Assembly (NCBI GenBank): GCA_902772455.1
Contig: CACYAW010000001.1
Coordinates: 95,001-159,000 of the forward strand
DNA length: 64,000 nt
Reading direction: 5' to 3'
Source of the DNA: an uncultured Bacteroidales bacterium
GTDB taxonomy: Bacteria > Bacteroidota > Bacteroidia > Bacteroidales > Muribaculaceae
Shown here: positions 18,088-27,590 of the stretch, piece after piece
Numbering within the stretch: position 1 is the stretch's first letter
How the letters are laid out: each line of letters begins with the position of its first letter
Translations under genes and position numbers: made by a program
The notes under the pieces: generated by a model
The model's database searches: none
Seen by the model: only the letters and a program-made list of their open reading frames with translations
What the model was told of the DNA's origin: nothing

Positions 18088-18465
18088 AATTTTTTATTAC
18101 AGTTAATGTTTAAATGTATTCAAACGTTAGTTTATTCGGGCCCCATATATTGGGGCATTGTCTCTTGCCGATGTTTGCTCTCGCAAAAAACGGCGCTAAA
18201 TTACTGTCTTTTTTATAAACGAAAAACTAAATAATTAGTAAATTATATTTAAAATAATTAAAAGAAGGTCCGAATTTATAAAATTCCTAAAATTTAGGCA
18301 ATATTTAATCCAAAACACTAAATAATGTTAACGTCACCTCAACGAAAATGAATAGAAAAATAGTGGTTTTTGAGTTGTTTTTCGTTATCGGTGGCTCCAA
18401 TAACATTTTTTTAGAAATGACATGAGATTATGTGCTGAATGATACCGGAACCATCCTCAAAACGG

Positions 18466-19164
18466 TTACTGATTTAGGAAGGCCTCGGCTGTTGCAATGT
18501 CTCCGGCGTGGTCCACGTCAACAATTTTGTCGATGCTGTAGGCTTTCAGGCGTTGGCCGGCTTTCACGAGAGCTCGTTGGAAATTGCGCATCCTGCTGAT
18601 GCCTTGCTCGATGCAGTCATCAAGCACGCCAAAAGCCCCATCGGTCATTGCATAAACGCCACCTGATACATATTTTGCGCCCACCCATCCTTTATCACGG
18701 AAAGCCGTAATGTTCATTTCCTCATCGACATCGACCCACAGGGGCTTTTCATCATCGATGAAGGGGGTCACCGCCCACATTCCGTCGTGTTCGGTGTCGG
18801 CCTCAAAGGCGTCAATATAGCCTTTAAAGTCCTCTTCCTTGAATATCGTGTCCACGGTCGTCAAGCAGAATTTACCCTTGGGAATGACTTTGCTCAGATG
18901 CCACAAACTGTGCATCGAACTAGGCGTTGTCTTGACGACAAGATTGAGTGGCACGGGTAATTCAAGGTTCTCGAGATACTCTCGCACCTCGGTCATGTGC
19001 TCATTAACAATGATGCTGATGCTCTCGGCGTTGCACCTCAGCATGATGTTGATCAGCCTTCCAATCATGGGCTCACCTTGTAATTCAACAAGAGGCTTTG
19101 GCTTTGTAACACCTTCTTGGGCCAGTCGCGAGCCTTCTCCGGCAGCTATGATAGCGTAGTTCAT
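18466..19164 (-). CDS. NTP transferase (nucleotidyltransferase) family protein
   Basis: IIAAGEGSRL..KPKPL N-terminal motif; DVDHAGD at the C-terminus. Confidence 0.85.
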   Translation of the reverse strand: MNYAIIAAGEGSRLAQEGVTKPKPLVELQGEPMIGRLINIMLRCNAESISIIVNEHMTEVREYLENLELPVPLNLVVKTTPSSMHSLWHLSKVIPKGKFCLTTVDTIFKEEDFKGYIDAFEADTEHDGMWAVTPFIDDEKPLWVDVDEEMNITAFRDKGWVGAKYVSGGVYAMTDGAFGVLDDCIEQGISRMRNFQRALVKAGQRLKAYSIDKIVDVDHAGDIATAEAFLNQ

Positions 19165-19205
19165 ATTTTATAATTAGGTCTTAAGTTCAGTAAAGCGGTT
19201 TTGTG

Positions 19206-19907
19206 TCAGAATCTCTCCAGCCAATCCATTACCTCGGTAATGCGCGTGATGGTGTTGGGGTGGGTTTGACGGTCTTCTTCCTCGGTCCAGCCTTTGCCTT
19301 TGAGCCACAAGACGTGACAGCCCAATTTCTCGGCCGGCTCAATGTCTTTGCGTAGGCTGTCACCCACGACGAGCACTTCGCTGGGCTCTAACTCCAGCGC
19401 ATCAACACCTAACTTGAACAGGGTGGGGTTGGGTTTGCGTATTCCCACGACAGCGCTCTCGATGATTCCCTTGAACATGTGCCGTATGCCATAGGATCGC
19501 AATACTTCATCAATATTGCCGTAGAAGTTGCTCACCAGCATCATCGGGTAACGTTCGTGCAACTGTTCCAGCATGGGGAGGGCTTCGTTGATGCAGGAAC
19601 GGGCGGCGTTGTCGCAATACGTAGAAATCTCATCTACCCACTGGTCTGTAACTGTTTCATCGGGTGTTAAAGGCAGGTGGCTGATTTCCAGTGCTACTTT
19701 CTTGCGCAGCAGGGTGAGAAAATCGTCTTGAGGCAGGATGATGCGCTCGCGTGCCAAGGCACGTTCTCCCTCAACGTATGCATTGCGGAATGTCTCCTTG
19801 TCAATGGGGACACCCGCCTGGAGGTAACCCTGCCACAGCACTTCACTCCAGTGTACGCCACGGCTATCGAGTGTGCCGCCGTAATCAAAAATGATGCCCT
19901 TGATCAT
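19206..19907 (-). CDS. HAD-superfamily hydrolase
   Basis: FDYGGTLD, VSN, KPNP, VVGDSLRKDI. Confidence 0.85.
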   Translation of the reverse strand: MIKGIIFDYGGTLDSRGVHWSEVLWQGYLQAGVPIDKETFRNAYVEGERALARERIILPQDDFLTLLRKKVALEISHLPLTPDETVTDQWVDEISTYCDNAARSCINEALPMLEQLHERYPMMLVSNFYGNIDEVLRSYGIRHMFKGIIESAVVGIRKPNPTLFKLGVDALELEPSEVLVVGDSLRKDIEPAEKLGCHVLWLKGKGWTEEEDRQTHPNTITRITEVMDWLERF

Positions 19908-19939
19908 GGGGAAATAACATTACATTATAATATTAATAT

Positions 19940-21046
19940 TTATTCGTCTTTAGTCAGGTCGAGCTTTACGTTGTCGCGTCCTTTGTCCTGGAAAAGTTTG
20001 GGCAAAGGGTTCTGCTTTGCCTCATCGTAACGGATTCGGTTGCGGTACACGTCAATGGCTGTATAAATGGCATGACGCATGGATGACTCGTTGGCAATTC
20101 CTTGGCCTGCAATGTCATAGCCTGTGCCGTGGTCTGGGCTGGTGCGGACGATGGGAAGACCTGCCGTAAAGTTGACTCCTTCGTCCATGGCGATGGTCTT
20201 GAAGGGGGCAAGCCCTTGGTCGTGATACATCGCCAACACACCGTCAAAGCGGCGGTAATGACGGGCGCCGAAGAAGCCGTCGGCAGCATACGGCCCGAAG
20301 CTTTGAACACCATCTTCATCTAGTGCCTGTTGGATGGCTGGCAGGATGATTTCGCGCTCCTCTGTTCCGAGCATGCCGTTCTCGCCAGCGTGAGGATTAA
20401 GTGACAGGACGGCAATGCGTGGCCCGTCTATATTGAAATCGCGCTTCAACGATAAGTTGAACATGCGCAGTTTCTCGCGGATACCCTCAATAGTAAGTGA
20501 GCCAGGGACTTGAGACAGGGGTAGGTGAATTGTGGCAAGGGCCACTCGCAGGCCGTTGGTGCACAGAATCATCAATGCCTTGTTTCCCTCACCAGCAGCG
20601 CTTTCAAGATAGTCAGTGTGGCCGGTGAAGTGGAATTGCTCGCTCTGGATATTGTCTTTGCTGATGGGGCCGGTGACGAGCACGTCAATCAGGCCTGTTT
20701 TGAGGTCCCGCACTGCAGCTTCAAGGGCCATGAACGATGCTTGGCCAGCCTGCTTGCTGGGATATCCCAACTCAATTTTGACGTCTTGGTCGATGCATTC
20801 AACCAGGTTGGGCATATTTTCCTTGAGGTTTTCGGCGCTCTTGGTGTGGTTGATCTGGAAATTGGGCAGGTTGCATGCGTTGCGGTGATAGCTGACCACC
20901 TTGCTTGATCCGTAAATAACTGGAATGCACATTTCCATCATTTCGGGGACGGACACGGCCTTAATGGCAACTTCAATGCCGATGCCGTTGGTGTCACCGA
21001 TAGTGATGCCGACTTTTAGTCGTCTATTGTTATTGTTTTCGCTCAT
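19940..21046 (-). CDS. pdxA: 4-hydroxythreonine-4-phosphate dehydrogenase
   Basis: ITIGDTNGIG, FTGHTDYL, LNPHAGE, AMYHDQG, RTSPDHGT. Confidence 0.95.
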   Translation of the reverse strand: MSENNNNRRLKVGITIGDTNGIGIEVAIKAVSVPEMMEMCIPVIYGSSKVVSYHRNACNLPNFQINHTKSAENLKENMPNLVECIDQDVKIELGYPSKQAGQASFMALEAAVRDLKTGLIDVLVTGPISKDNIQSEQFHFTGHTDYLESAAGEGNKALMILCTNGLRVALATIHLPLSQVPGSLTIEGIREKLRMFNLSLKRDFNIDGPRIAVLSLNPHAGENGMLGTEEREIILPAIQQALDEDGVQSFGPYAADGFFGARHYRRFDGVLAMYHDQGLAPFKTIAMDEGVNFTAGLPIVRTSPDHGTGYDIAGQGIANESSMRHAIYTAIDVYRNRIRYDEAKQNPLPKLFQDKGRDNVKLDLTKDE

Positions 21047-21102
21047 TGGTTTTTATTTCGTTTTACTGATGTTTTGTCAATGTGATTTGTCATTTCAACC
21101 TG

Positions 21103-21110
21103 CAAAGGTA
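21103..21110 (-). promoter_or_regulatory. -7 box (TACCTTTG) for the pdxA operon
   Basis: TAnnTTTG match upstream of the ATG at 21046. Confidence 0.6.
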
Positions 21111-21488
21111 AACATTTATTCCAAACCCGCAACCCCATGGAGGCCGATAAATATCAATAAGTAATGAACGGGAGGGGGCTTGCATTGATTCGTTGCCTTG
21201 CTGTTGAGGCGCAAACTTATGGCACCTTGCATCAGCACTCGGTTGGAGCATGCATTTCGATGGCCGATCTGGATTATTAATAAAAATTCAGAATAATGAA
21301 GCATTGCCACTGGTGCTCTTTAGCGTTTGGATTCCATGTGGGATTGATGTTTTGGGGTAGGGGGATTAAACTAGTAAAAATCAAAGAACTGACATGCGGC
21401 CTTCTAAAGGCGAAATGGGGCTGTTATCGTCGTTCGCTAGGCATTTAGGGTGATTTATTAACAAAGGTTAGTTTTTTTCATTATCATA

Positions 21489-21521
21489 CTTGTGCATATC
21501 GGCAAAATAAGTTAATTTTGC
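21489..21521 (+). promoter_or_regulatory. Promoter of the polysaccharide locus (CTTG..TAATTTTG) overlapped by the inverted repeat GCAAAAT-N6-ATTTTGC
   Basis: TAATTTTG at 21513-21520; inverted repeat at 21502-21521. Confidence 0.6.
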
Positions 21522-21707
21522 GAGTTAAAACTATGCGCGGCGAGCGCCCTAGCCATGGGCGATTGAGCCACTGCGCAACATGACATAAAGAGGTAACTCG
21601 CTGATAATGACTACTGCGATAGTGTCGCCAGCATTGCCTACTCTCCACAGGTTCGCCAGGTCCACAAGACCCGGTGACCCCCGTTTTATCTCCAACTGAC
21701 GATAGCG

Positions 21708-22820
21708 ATGAATAATGATTTGATCACTGTAACTTCCCCTTTGTTGCCCAACCTCGACGAGTTCAACCAGATGCTCCGCGAGATTTGGGACAGCAAGTGG
21801 ATTACCAATAACGGCTCTTTCCACAAACGGCTGGAACAGGCACTGTGTGACTACCTCAAGGTGCCTTACATCAGCCTGTTCACCAATGGTACTTTGCCAC
21901 TCATTACGGCGCTGCAGGCGCTTAACATCAGTGGCGAGGTCATTACCACGCCTTACAGCTTTGTCGCCACCACCCATTCCATTTGGTGGAATGGCATCAA
22001 GCCGGTATTTGTAGATATCGACCCGGCAACGGGCGGCATCGATCCTGATCGCATCGAGGCGGCCATCACCCCGCGCACAACGGCGATCATGCCCGTTCAC
22101 GTCTATGGAAAGCCCTGCCGAACCGCTGAGATTCAAGCGATTGCCGACAAATATGGCTTGCGCGTCATCTATGACGCCGCCCATGCCTTTGGCATCGAGG
22201 TGGACGGCAAGAGCATCCTCAATGAGGGCGACATGTCCACCTTGAGTTTCCATGCCACCAAGGTCTATAACACCATCGAGGGCGGAGCGCTCGTCATGCA
22301 TGACGAGAAGATGAAGCAGCGCATCGACTTCCTTAAGAACTTTGGTTTCGCTGGCGAGACGGAGGTCGTGGCGCCAGGCATTAACGGAAAGATGGACGAG
22401 ATGCGTGCCGCCTATGGCCTGTTGAACCTGCAACAGGTGGATGCCTGCATCGAGGCTCGCCATCAGGTGGCTATCCGTTACCGCGCGGCGTTGCGTCCCG
22501 TCGAGGGCATCGACTTCTGGGACGACATGCCCGGTGTGCGCCACAACTATAGCTATTTTCCCATCTTTGTCGATGCCGACAAGTATGGTATGACGCGCGA
22601 TGAGCTCTATTTCAAGATGCGCGAGCAGGGCATCCTGTCGCGCCGCTACTTCTACCCGCTCATCAGCACCTTCTCCACCTACAAAGGCTTGCCCAGCGCC
22701 ACCCGCGAGAATCTGCCCAATGCCACCCGCATGGCCGACACCGTCATCTGCCTGCCCATGCATCACGAACTCACCGATGCCGACCTCACCCGCATCCTCG
22801 ATATCATCATTAACAAGTAA
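21708..22820 (+). CDS. vioA: dTDP-4-amino-4,6-dideoxyglucose (viosamine) transaminase, DegT/DnrJ/EryC1/StrS family
   Basis: VioA-type N-terminus ITVTSPLLP..IWDSKWITNNG, YDAAHAFG, SFHATK (PLP lysine), RRYFYP. Confidence 0.85.
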   Translation: MNNDLITVTSPLLPNLDEFNQMLREIWDSKWITNNGSFHKRLEQALCDYLKVPYISLFTNGTLPLITALQALNISGEVITTPYSFVATTHSIWWNGIKPVFVDIDPATGGIDPDRIEAAITPRTTAIMPVHVYGKPCRTAEIQAIADKYGLRVIYDAAHAFGIEVDGKSILNEGDMSTLSFHATKVYNTIEGGALVMHDEKMKQRIDFLKNFGFAGETEVVAPGINGKMDEMRAAYGLLNLQQVDACIEARHQVAIRYRAALRPVEGIDFWDDMPGVRHNYSYFPIFVDADKYGMTRDELYFKMREQGILSRRYFYPLISTFSTYKGLPSATRENLPNATRMADTVICLPMHHELTDADLTRILDIIINK

Positions 22821-22825
22821 CTCCG

Positions 22826-24043
22826 ATGGCTGAAGCGAAAAAGAAACTGATGCTCCTGGGCGGCTTGCGCTACCTGTTGCCCGTCATCGAGGCTGCGCAT
22901 CGTCATGGCATCCACGTCATAACGGTAGATTATCTGCCTGACAATATAGCTCACCGTTACAGCGATGAATACCACAATGTGAGCATCATCGACAAAGACG
23001 CCGTGCTTGCTTTGGCTCAGGAACTGCAGATTGACGGCATCATGTCGTTTGCCGTCGATCCCGGAGTCGTGGCAGCCGCCTATACGGCAGAGAAGATGGG
23101 CCTGCCGTTCCAGTGCAGCTATGAGGCCGCCTGCATCCTTCAGGACAAATCCAGGTTCCGTAAGTTCCTTGCCGATAACGGCTTCAACGTGCCCAATGCA
23201 CGCGGATACAGCGAGGGTGACGATACCCTGCAGGATATAGATTACTTTAACTGGCCAGTTATCGTCAAGCCCGTGGACAGCGCCGGCAGCAAAGGCGTCA
23301 CTCGCGTTGACGACCCCGCCGACCTCCCTGCTGCCATCGCCCATGCCATCGACTGCTCTCCCTCCCGGCACTACATCATCGAGGACTTCCTGGAAAAAGC
23401 AGGCTTTTCATCTGATACTGATAGTTTTTCGGTAGATGGTGAGTTGGTATTCTGTACGTTCAACAATCAATATTTTGATGATGATGCCGAGAATGAGTAT
23501 ACCCCTGCTGCCTATAGTTGGCCGTCATCCATGTCCCTGGATGTTCAGGACGAATTGAGGTCCGAATTGCAACGTTTGCTCACCCTGTTGGACATGAAGA
23601 CGGGATTGTACAACATTGAAACACGATTGTGCACTAATGGTAAGGCATACATTATGGAAGTCTCGCCTCGTGCAGGAGGCAACCGCCTCGCAGAGATGTT
23701 GAAATACGTCACAGGCGAGGACATTATTGAACGAGCGACTCTAGCTGCTGTTAGGGAGGAATTCCAACCCATTTCACAGGGCTCAGACGCATGTGGCACC
23801 CATATTGTTGAAATAATTCTTCACGCCAACCAGCCTGGTCTTTTTTCTCGATTGGAGATTTCACCTGAACTCAAATCTTTTTTGGTTGAGGAAGACCTAT
23901 GGGTTAAGCCTGGTGCAAAAGTGGAAACTTTTACTGGGGCCAATATGGCCATCGGGACACTAGCTTTCAAGGCTAATTCCCAAGATGATGTGGCTCGTAT
24001 CATCAATCTGGCCAAACGACATGTCAAGGTCATTGTCTCATGA
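22826..24043 (+). CDS. ATP-grasp ligase (carboxylate-amine / L-amino-acid-ligase-like)
   Basis: DKSRFR, VIVKPVDSAGSKGV, IIEDFL, YIMEVSPRAGG. Confidence 0.85.
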   Translation: MAEAKKKLMLLGGLRYLLPVIEAAHRHGIHVITVDYLPDNIAHRYSDEYHNVSIIDKDAVLALAQELQIDGIMSFAVDPGVVAAAYTAEKMGLPFQCSYEAACILQDKSRFRKFLADNGFNVPNARGYSEGDDTLQDIDYFNWPVIVKPVDSAGSKGVTRVDDPADLPAAIAHAIDCSPSRHYIIEDFLEKAGFSSDTDSFSVDGELVFCTFNNQYFDDDAENEYTPAAYSWPSSMSLDVQDELRSELQRLLTLLDMKTGLYNIETRLCTNGKAYIMEVSPRAGGNRLAEMLKYVTGEDIIERATLAAVREEFQPISQGSDACGTHIVEIILHANQPGLFSRLEISPELKSFLVEEDLWVKPGAKVETFTGANMAIGTLAFKANSQDDVARIINLAKRHVKVIVS

Positions 24044-24993
24044 TAAATCAGCGTAAATCTATCGGCGGATACTTTGAACTCGAACTGCCACAAGGTGTAG
24101 AGTACCATAGCAATGCCATAGCCTTGAATACGGGGCGCAATGCTTTGGAATATATCCTGCGGGTGCGTGGCTACAAACGGGTTTATCTGCCGTATTATTC
24201 CTGTGATGTACTGCTTGAACCCTTCAGTAAACTGCGCATCAACTATACGTTTTATCACATCAATTCAAATCTAGAAGTAGAATTTCAGGAATCGTTGAAT
24301 TCAGATGAGGCAATCCTCTATATCAACTATTTCGGTCTAAAACAAGACCATGTCGAGAGTTTGGCTAAACGATATGGAAAACAGTTGATTGTCGATAATA
24401 CCCAAGCATTCTATGCACCGCCAATAAGCGGTATAGACACTTTTTATAGTTGCCGCAAGTTCTTTGGTGTGCCCGATGGTGCTTATCTTTACTGTGACCA
24501 AGTACTAGATGTAGATTTGGAGCAAGACCATTCATGGGAACGGATGACACATCTGCTTAAACGGATTGATGTATCGGCAGAGGACGCATATGTCGATTTT
24601 CGTGAAACAGACGAGAGCCTGAAGAATAATCCCATTAGGCAAATGTCTCTCTTGACTCACCGCATCATGGCGTCGATTGACTATAGTGGGATAGCGGAAT
24701 GTCGCAGAAAGAACTATCTGCGACTAGACGAGGTTCTTAGTAACAAGAACGGTATTTCTTTATTACTTACTACGGATGCCGTACCCATGGTTTATCCTTT
24801 TTTCATCACAGACATTCAACTTAGGCAACGTCTCATCGAGAATAAAGTGTATGTTGCCACCTATTGGCCCAACGTGTTGGATTGGTGTGACAAGAACACT
24901 ACTGAACATCCTTTAACCCAGCAGTTGTTACCCATCCCCATCGACCAGCGTTATGGCGAGGGTGACATGAAAATGATTGTTGAATTGATATGA
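24040..24993 (+). CDS. Short DegT-like PLP-fold protein of unknown function
   Basis: IGGYFELE N-terminus, YINYFG, IVDNTQ, SCRKFFGVPDGA, PIDQRY. Confidence 0.6.
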   Translation: MINQRKSIGGYFELELPQGVEYHSNAIALNTGRNALEYILRVRGYKRVYLPYYSCDVLLEPFSKLRINYTFYHINSNLEVEFQESLNSDEAILYINYFGLKQDHVESLAKRYGKQLIVDNTQAFYAPPISGIDTFYSCRKFFGVPDGAYLYCDQVLDVDLEQDHSWERMTHLLKRIDVSAEDAYVDFRETDESLKNNPIRQMSLLTHRIMASIDYSGIAECRRKNYLRLDEVLSNKNGISLLLTTDAVPMVYPFFITDIQLRQRLIENKVYVATYWPNVLDWCDKNTTEHPLTQQLLPIPIDQRYGEGDMKMIVELI

Positions 24994-25619
24994 AAGATTT
25001 GATTATAGCTGGTGCAGGTGGATTTGGCCGCGAGGCATTAGGATTAGCAAAGGCTATAAATGAGGTCAATCCCCAATGGAATATTAGGGGGTTTATTAAT
25101 GATATTCCTAATGCCCTTGACGGCGTGAAATGCAGTCATGGCATTATAGGTACCATCAAGGACTGGCAACCTTCAGAGAACGAGGTGTTTGTTATGGGTG
25201 TTTCTTCTCCAGAAGGAAAGGAAAAGATAGCCAATATTCTTAAGGCTAAGGGTGCTCAGTTTGTTTGCTTGATACATCCACTAGCCCTTATCTCCGATTA
25301 TGTGACCATGGGAGAAGGCTGTATTGTTGGTGGCCGTTCTTCGATTGGTGACAATGCTATCCTGGGAGATTTTGTCAATCTGGCTGGTTCGATGGTGGGG
25401 CAAGATGCTGTTATTGGTGATTTCTCGACGGTTACGGGTTATGCCAACATCACCAATGCCCAGTTGGGAAAGCGCGTGTTTGTAGGTAGCCATGCCGTTA
25501 TCATGAATAAACGCAAGGTGGGCGATGATGCGTACGTTTGTGCTGGCAGCATCGTGTTCAATAATGTCAAACCAGGCATTAAGGTGTTTGGCAATCCAGC
25601 TAAGAAATTCGATTTATAA
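24990..25619 (+). CDS. Sugar N-acyltransferase, NeuD/PglD/VioB family (left-handed beta-helix)
   Basis: IIAGAGGFGRE, LIHP, hexapeptide repeats, VFGNPAK. Confidence 0.85.
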   Translation: MKDLIIAGAGGFGREALGLAKAINEVNPQWNIRGFINDIPNALDGVKCSHGIIGTIKDWQPSENEVFVMGVSSPEGKEKIANILKAKGAQFVCLIHPLALISDYVTMGEGCIVGGRSSIGDNAILGDFVNLAGSMVGQDAVIGDFSTVTGYANITNAQLGKRVFVGSHAVIMNKRKVGDDAYVCAGSIVFNNVKPGIKVFGNPAKKFDL

Positions 25620-26369
25620 ATGGAAGGATTTAACCCATTTTCTCTTGATGGTCGCAGGATTCTGGTGACCGGAGCATCGTCGGGAATTGGGCGCACTACG
25701 GCTATTGAGTGCTCCCGTATGGGTTCACGCATGATAATTACAGGCCGTGACACCGAAAGGTTGGACGAAGTCCTGCATGAGTTGCAGGGAGAGGGACATC
25801 AGTCTATTATTGCTGACTTGACGCAAGCCGACCAAGTTGAAAACCTGCTCTCACAGTTGCCCGTTGTTGACGGTGTCGTGTTGTGTGCTGGCCAGGGTAC
25901 GGTCGTGCCTTTCAAAATGGCAGATAGAAAGAAGATTGATCCCATTTTCGAGATCAACTATTTTGCTCCCGTTGAGTTATTGCGGCTGATATTGAAAAAG
26001 AGAAAACTAGCGGATGGCTCATCTGTAGTATTTGTCTCATCGATTGGCGGAGTTGATGCTATCACCATTGGTAATAGCATTTATGGCGCTTCCAAGGCTG
26101 CGTTAAATTCCGCTATGCGATTCTGCGCACTGGAACTGGCTTCCAAACAGATTCGTGTCAACAGTGTTTGCCCTGGCATGGTGAATACACGCCTCATACA
26201 GGGAGGGGCAGTCAGCGAGGAGCAGCATCAGGCCGATATGCAGAAGTATCCGCTCAAGCGATATGGTGAGCCCGAAGACATCGCTCACGGCATCGTTTAT
26301 TTGTTGTCCAATGCATCATCATGGGTTACCGGACATTCGCTGGTGATTGATGGTGGATACACAGTTTAA
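25620..26369 (+). CDS. SDR oxidoreductase, FabG-like (copy 1)
   Basis: TGASSGIG, YGASK, RVNSVCPG, IDGG. Confidence 0.9.
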   Translation: MEGFNPFSLDGRRILVTGASSGIGRTTAIECSRMGSRMIITGRDTERLDEVLHELQGEGHQSIIADLTQADQVENLLSQLPVVDGVVLCAGQGTVVPFKMADRKKIDPIFEINYFAPVELLRLILKKRKLADGSSVVFVSSIGGVDAITIGNSIYGASKAALNSAMRFCALELASKQIRVNSVCPGMVNTRLIQGGAVSEEQHQADMQKYPLKRYGEPEDIAHGIVYLLSNASSWVTGHSLVIDGGYTV

Positions 26370-26377
26370 GATAGATA

Positions 26378-27490
26378 ATGGCTTTTTTTGAGTTTAATCA
26401 TATTAAGGTGGCTGGCGTGGCATGTGCCGTGCCCAAGAATGAGGTCAAGACCGAATCCTATAAGCCCGTTTTCGGTGATGAGGAAGTAGATAAGTTCATG
26501 GCGATGACCGGCGTGAAGGCATCGCACAGAACCCTTGAACACCAGACATGCTCTGACCTGGGCTATCGTGCCGCCTGCGAGCTATTGGCTCATAAGGGCA
26601 TCAAACCTGAGGAAATCGGGGCCTTGCTCTTCTCTTCACACAGTCCCGACTATCGCCGTCCGTCAACAGCGTTTGTGCTGCAGCATCGATTGGGCGTGCC
26701 CGAGGAGGCCGTGTGCTATGACATCAGCCTTGGTTGTTCATCGCTAGTGGTAGGCATGCAGACGATGGCGTCTATTATGAGCACCAGCGACATGAAATAT
26801 GGTCTGCTGTTTGTGGGCGACACGGCTGGCAAGTCGGTAAATCCTCATGACCGCAGTTCGGCCATGCTCTTTGGCGAGGCAGGAGCAGTGATGTTGCTCG
26901 AAAAGACGCAAAACGAAGCCGACCAGATTAAGGCGCTGGTGCGCAGCGACGGTTCTGGTTTTAAGTATATGATTATTCCTGGTGGTGGTTACCGCAACCT
27001 GCATGCCAGCGAAGAGGTCGTAATGTGCGCCGATGGCAACGAGCGCACCTTGATGAATTCCTTCATCCAAGGCACGTCGGTGTTCACGTTCACCATCTTT
27101 GATGTGCCTCGATTGATTAAGGACTTCTGGAAGCAGACAGCGACTGGTCCTGACGACTATGACTGCTTTGCCTTTCACCAGGCCAACCTGTATATCCTCA
27201 AGCAGATTGCCAAAAAGACCAAGATACCCTTTGAGCGCCTGCCCATCACGCTCGACCGCTATGGCAACACGTCAGGTGCATCGGCCATTGTGTCGCTATG
27301 CGACGTCTATGGCGCTGGAAACGATAACAAGACCATCAAGGTGATGGCATGCGGCTTCGGCATCGGTATCTCGCTGGGTGCGACGTCATTCGAGATCAAT
27401 ACCGATGACATCCTGCCCATTATGGAGGATGACGAGATCTATACCGAAGGCCTCATCACCAATCCCAACCAACTCTACGAGAAAAAGTGA
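26378..27490 (+). CDS. Ketoacyl-ACP synthase III, FabH-like (copy 1)
   Basis: Catalytic triad DISLGC, FHQAN, YGNTS; GFGIG. Confidence 0.9.
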   Translation: MAFFEFNHIKVAGVACAVPKNEVKTESYKPVFGDEEVDKFMAMTGVKASHRTLEHQTCSDLGYRAACELLAHKGIKPEEIGALLFSSHSPDYRRPSTAFVLQHRLGVPEEAVCYDISLGCSSLVVGMQTMASIMSTSDMKYGLLFVGDTAGKSVNPHDRSSAMLFGEAGAVMLLEKTQNEADQIKALVRSDGSGFKYMIIPGGGYRNLHASEEVVMCADGNERTLMNSFIQGTSVFTFTIFDVPRLIKDFWKQTATGPDDYDCFAFHQANLYILKQIAKKTKIPFERLPITLDRYGNTSGASAIVSLCDVYGAGNDNKTIKVMACGFGIGISLGATSFEINTDDILPIMEDDEIYTEGLITNPNQLYEKK

Positions 27491-27494
27491 TATA

Positions 27495-27554
27495 TTCAAG
27501 TCATGTTTTTCATGACTTGAAGTTTAGAGTTTAGAGTTTAGGCTTAGAGTTTAG
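27495..27554 (+). repeat. Palindrome + (AGTTTAG)n heptamer element, copy 1
   Basis: 11-bp stem TTCAAGTCATG-T5-CATGACTTGAA followed by about 5 heptamer units. Confidence 0.85.
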
Positions 27555-27590
27555 TGAAATAGACACTTGAAGGTATCGCATAGAATCCCA

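Noticed and set aside
21120-21707. Invertible (phase-variable) capsule promoter
   Set aside because: I found no long inverted repeats flanking the promoter and no recombinase gene in the window
21549-22766. 405-aa minus-strand ORF
   Set aside because: Antisense shadow of vioA
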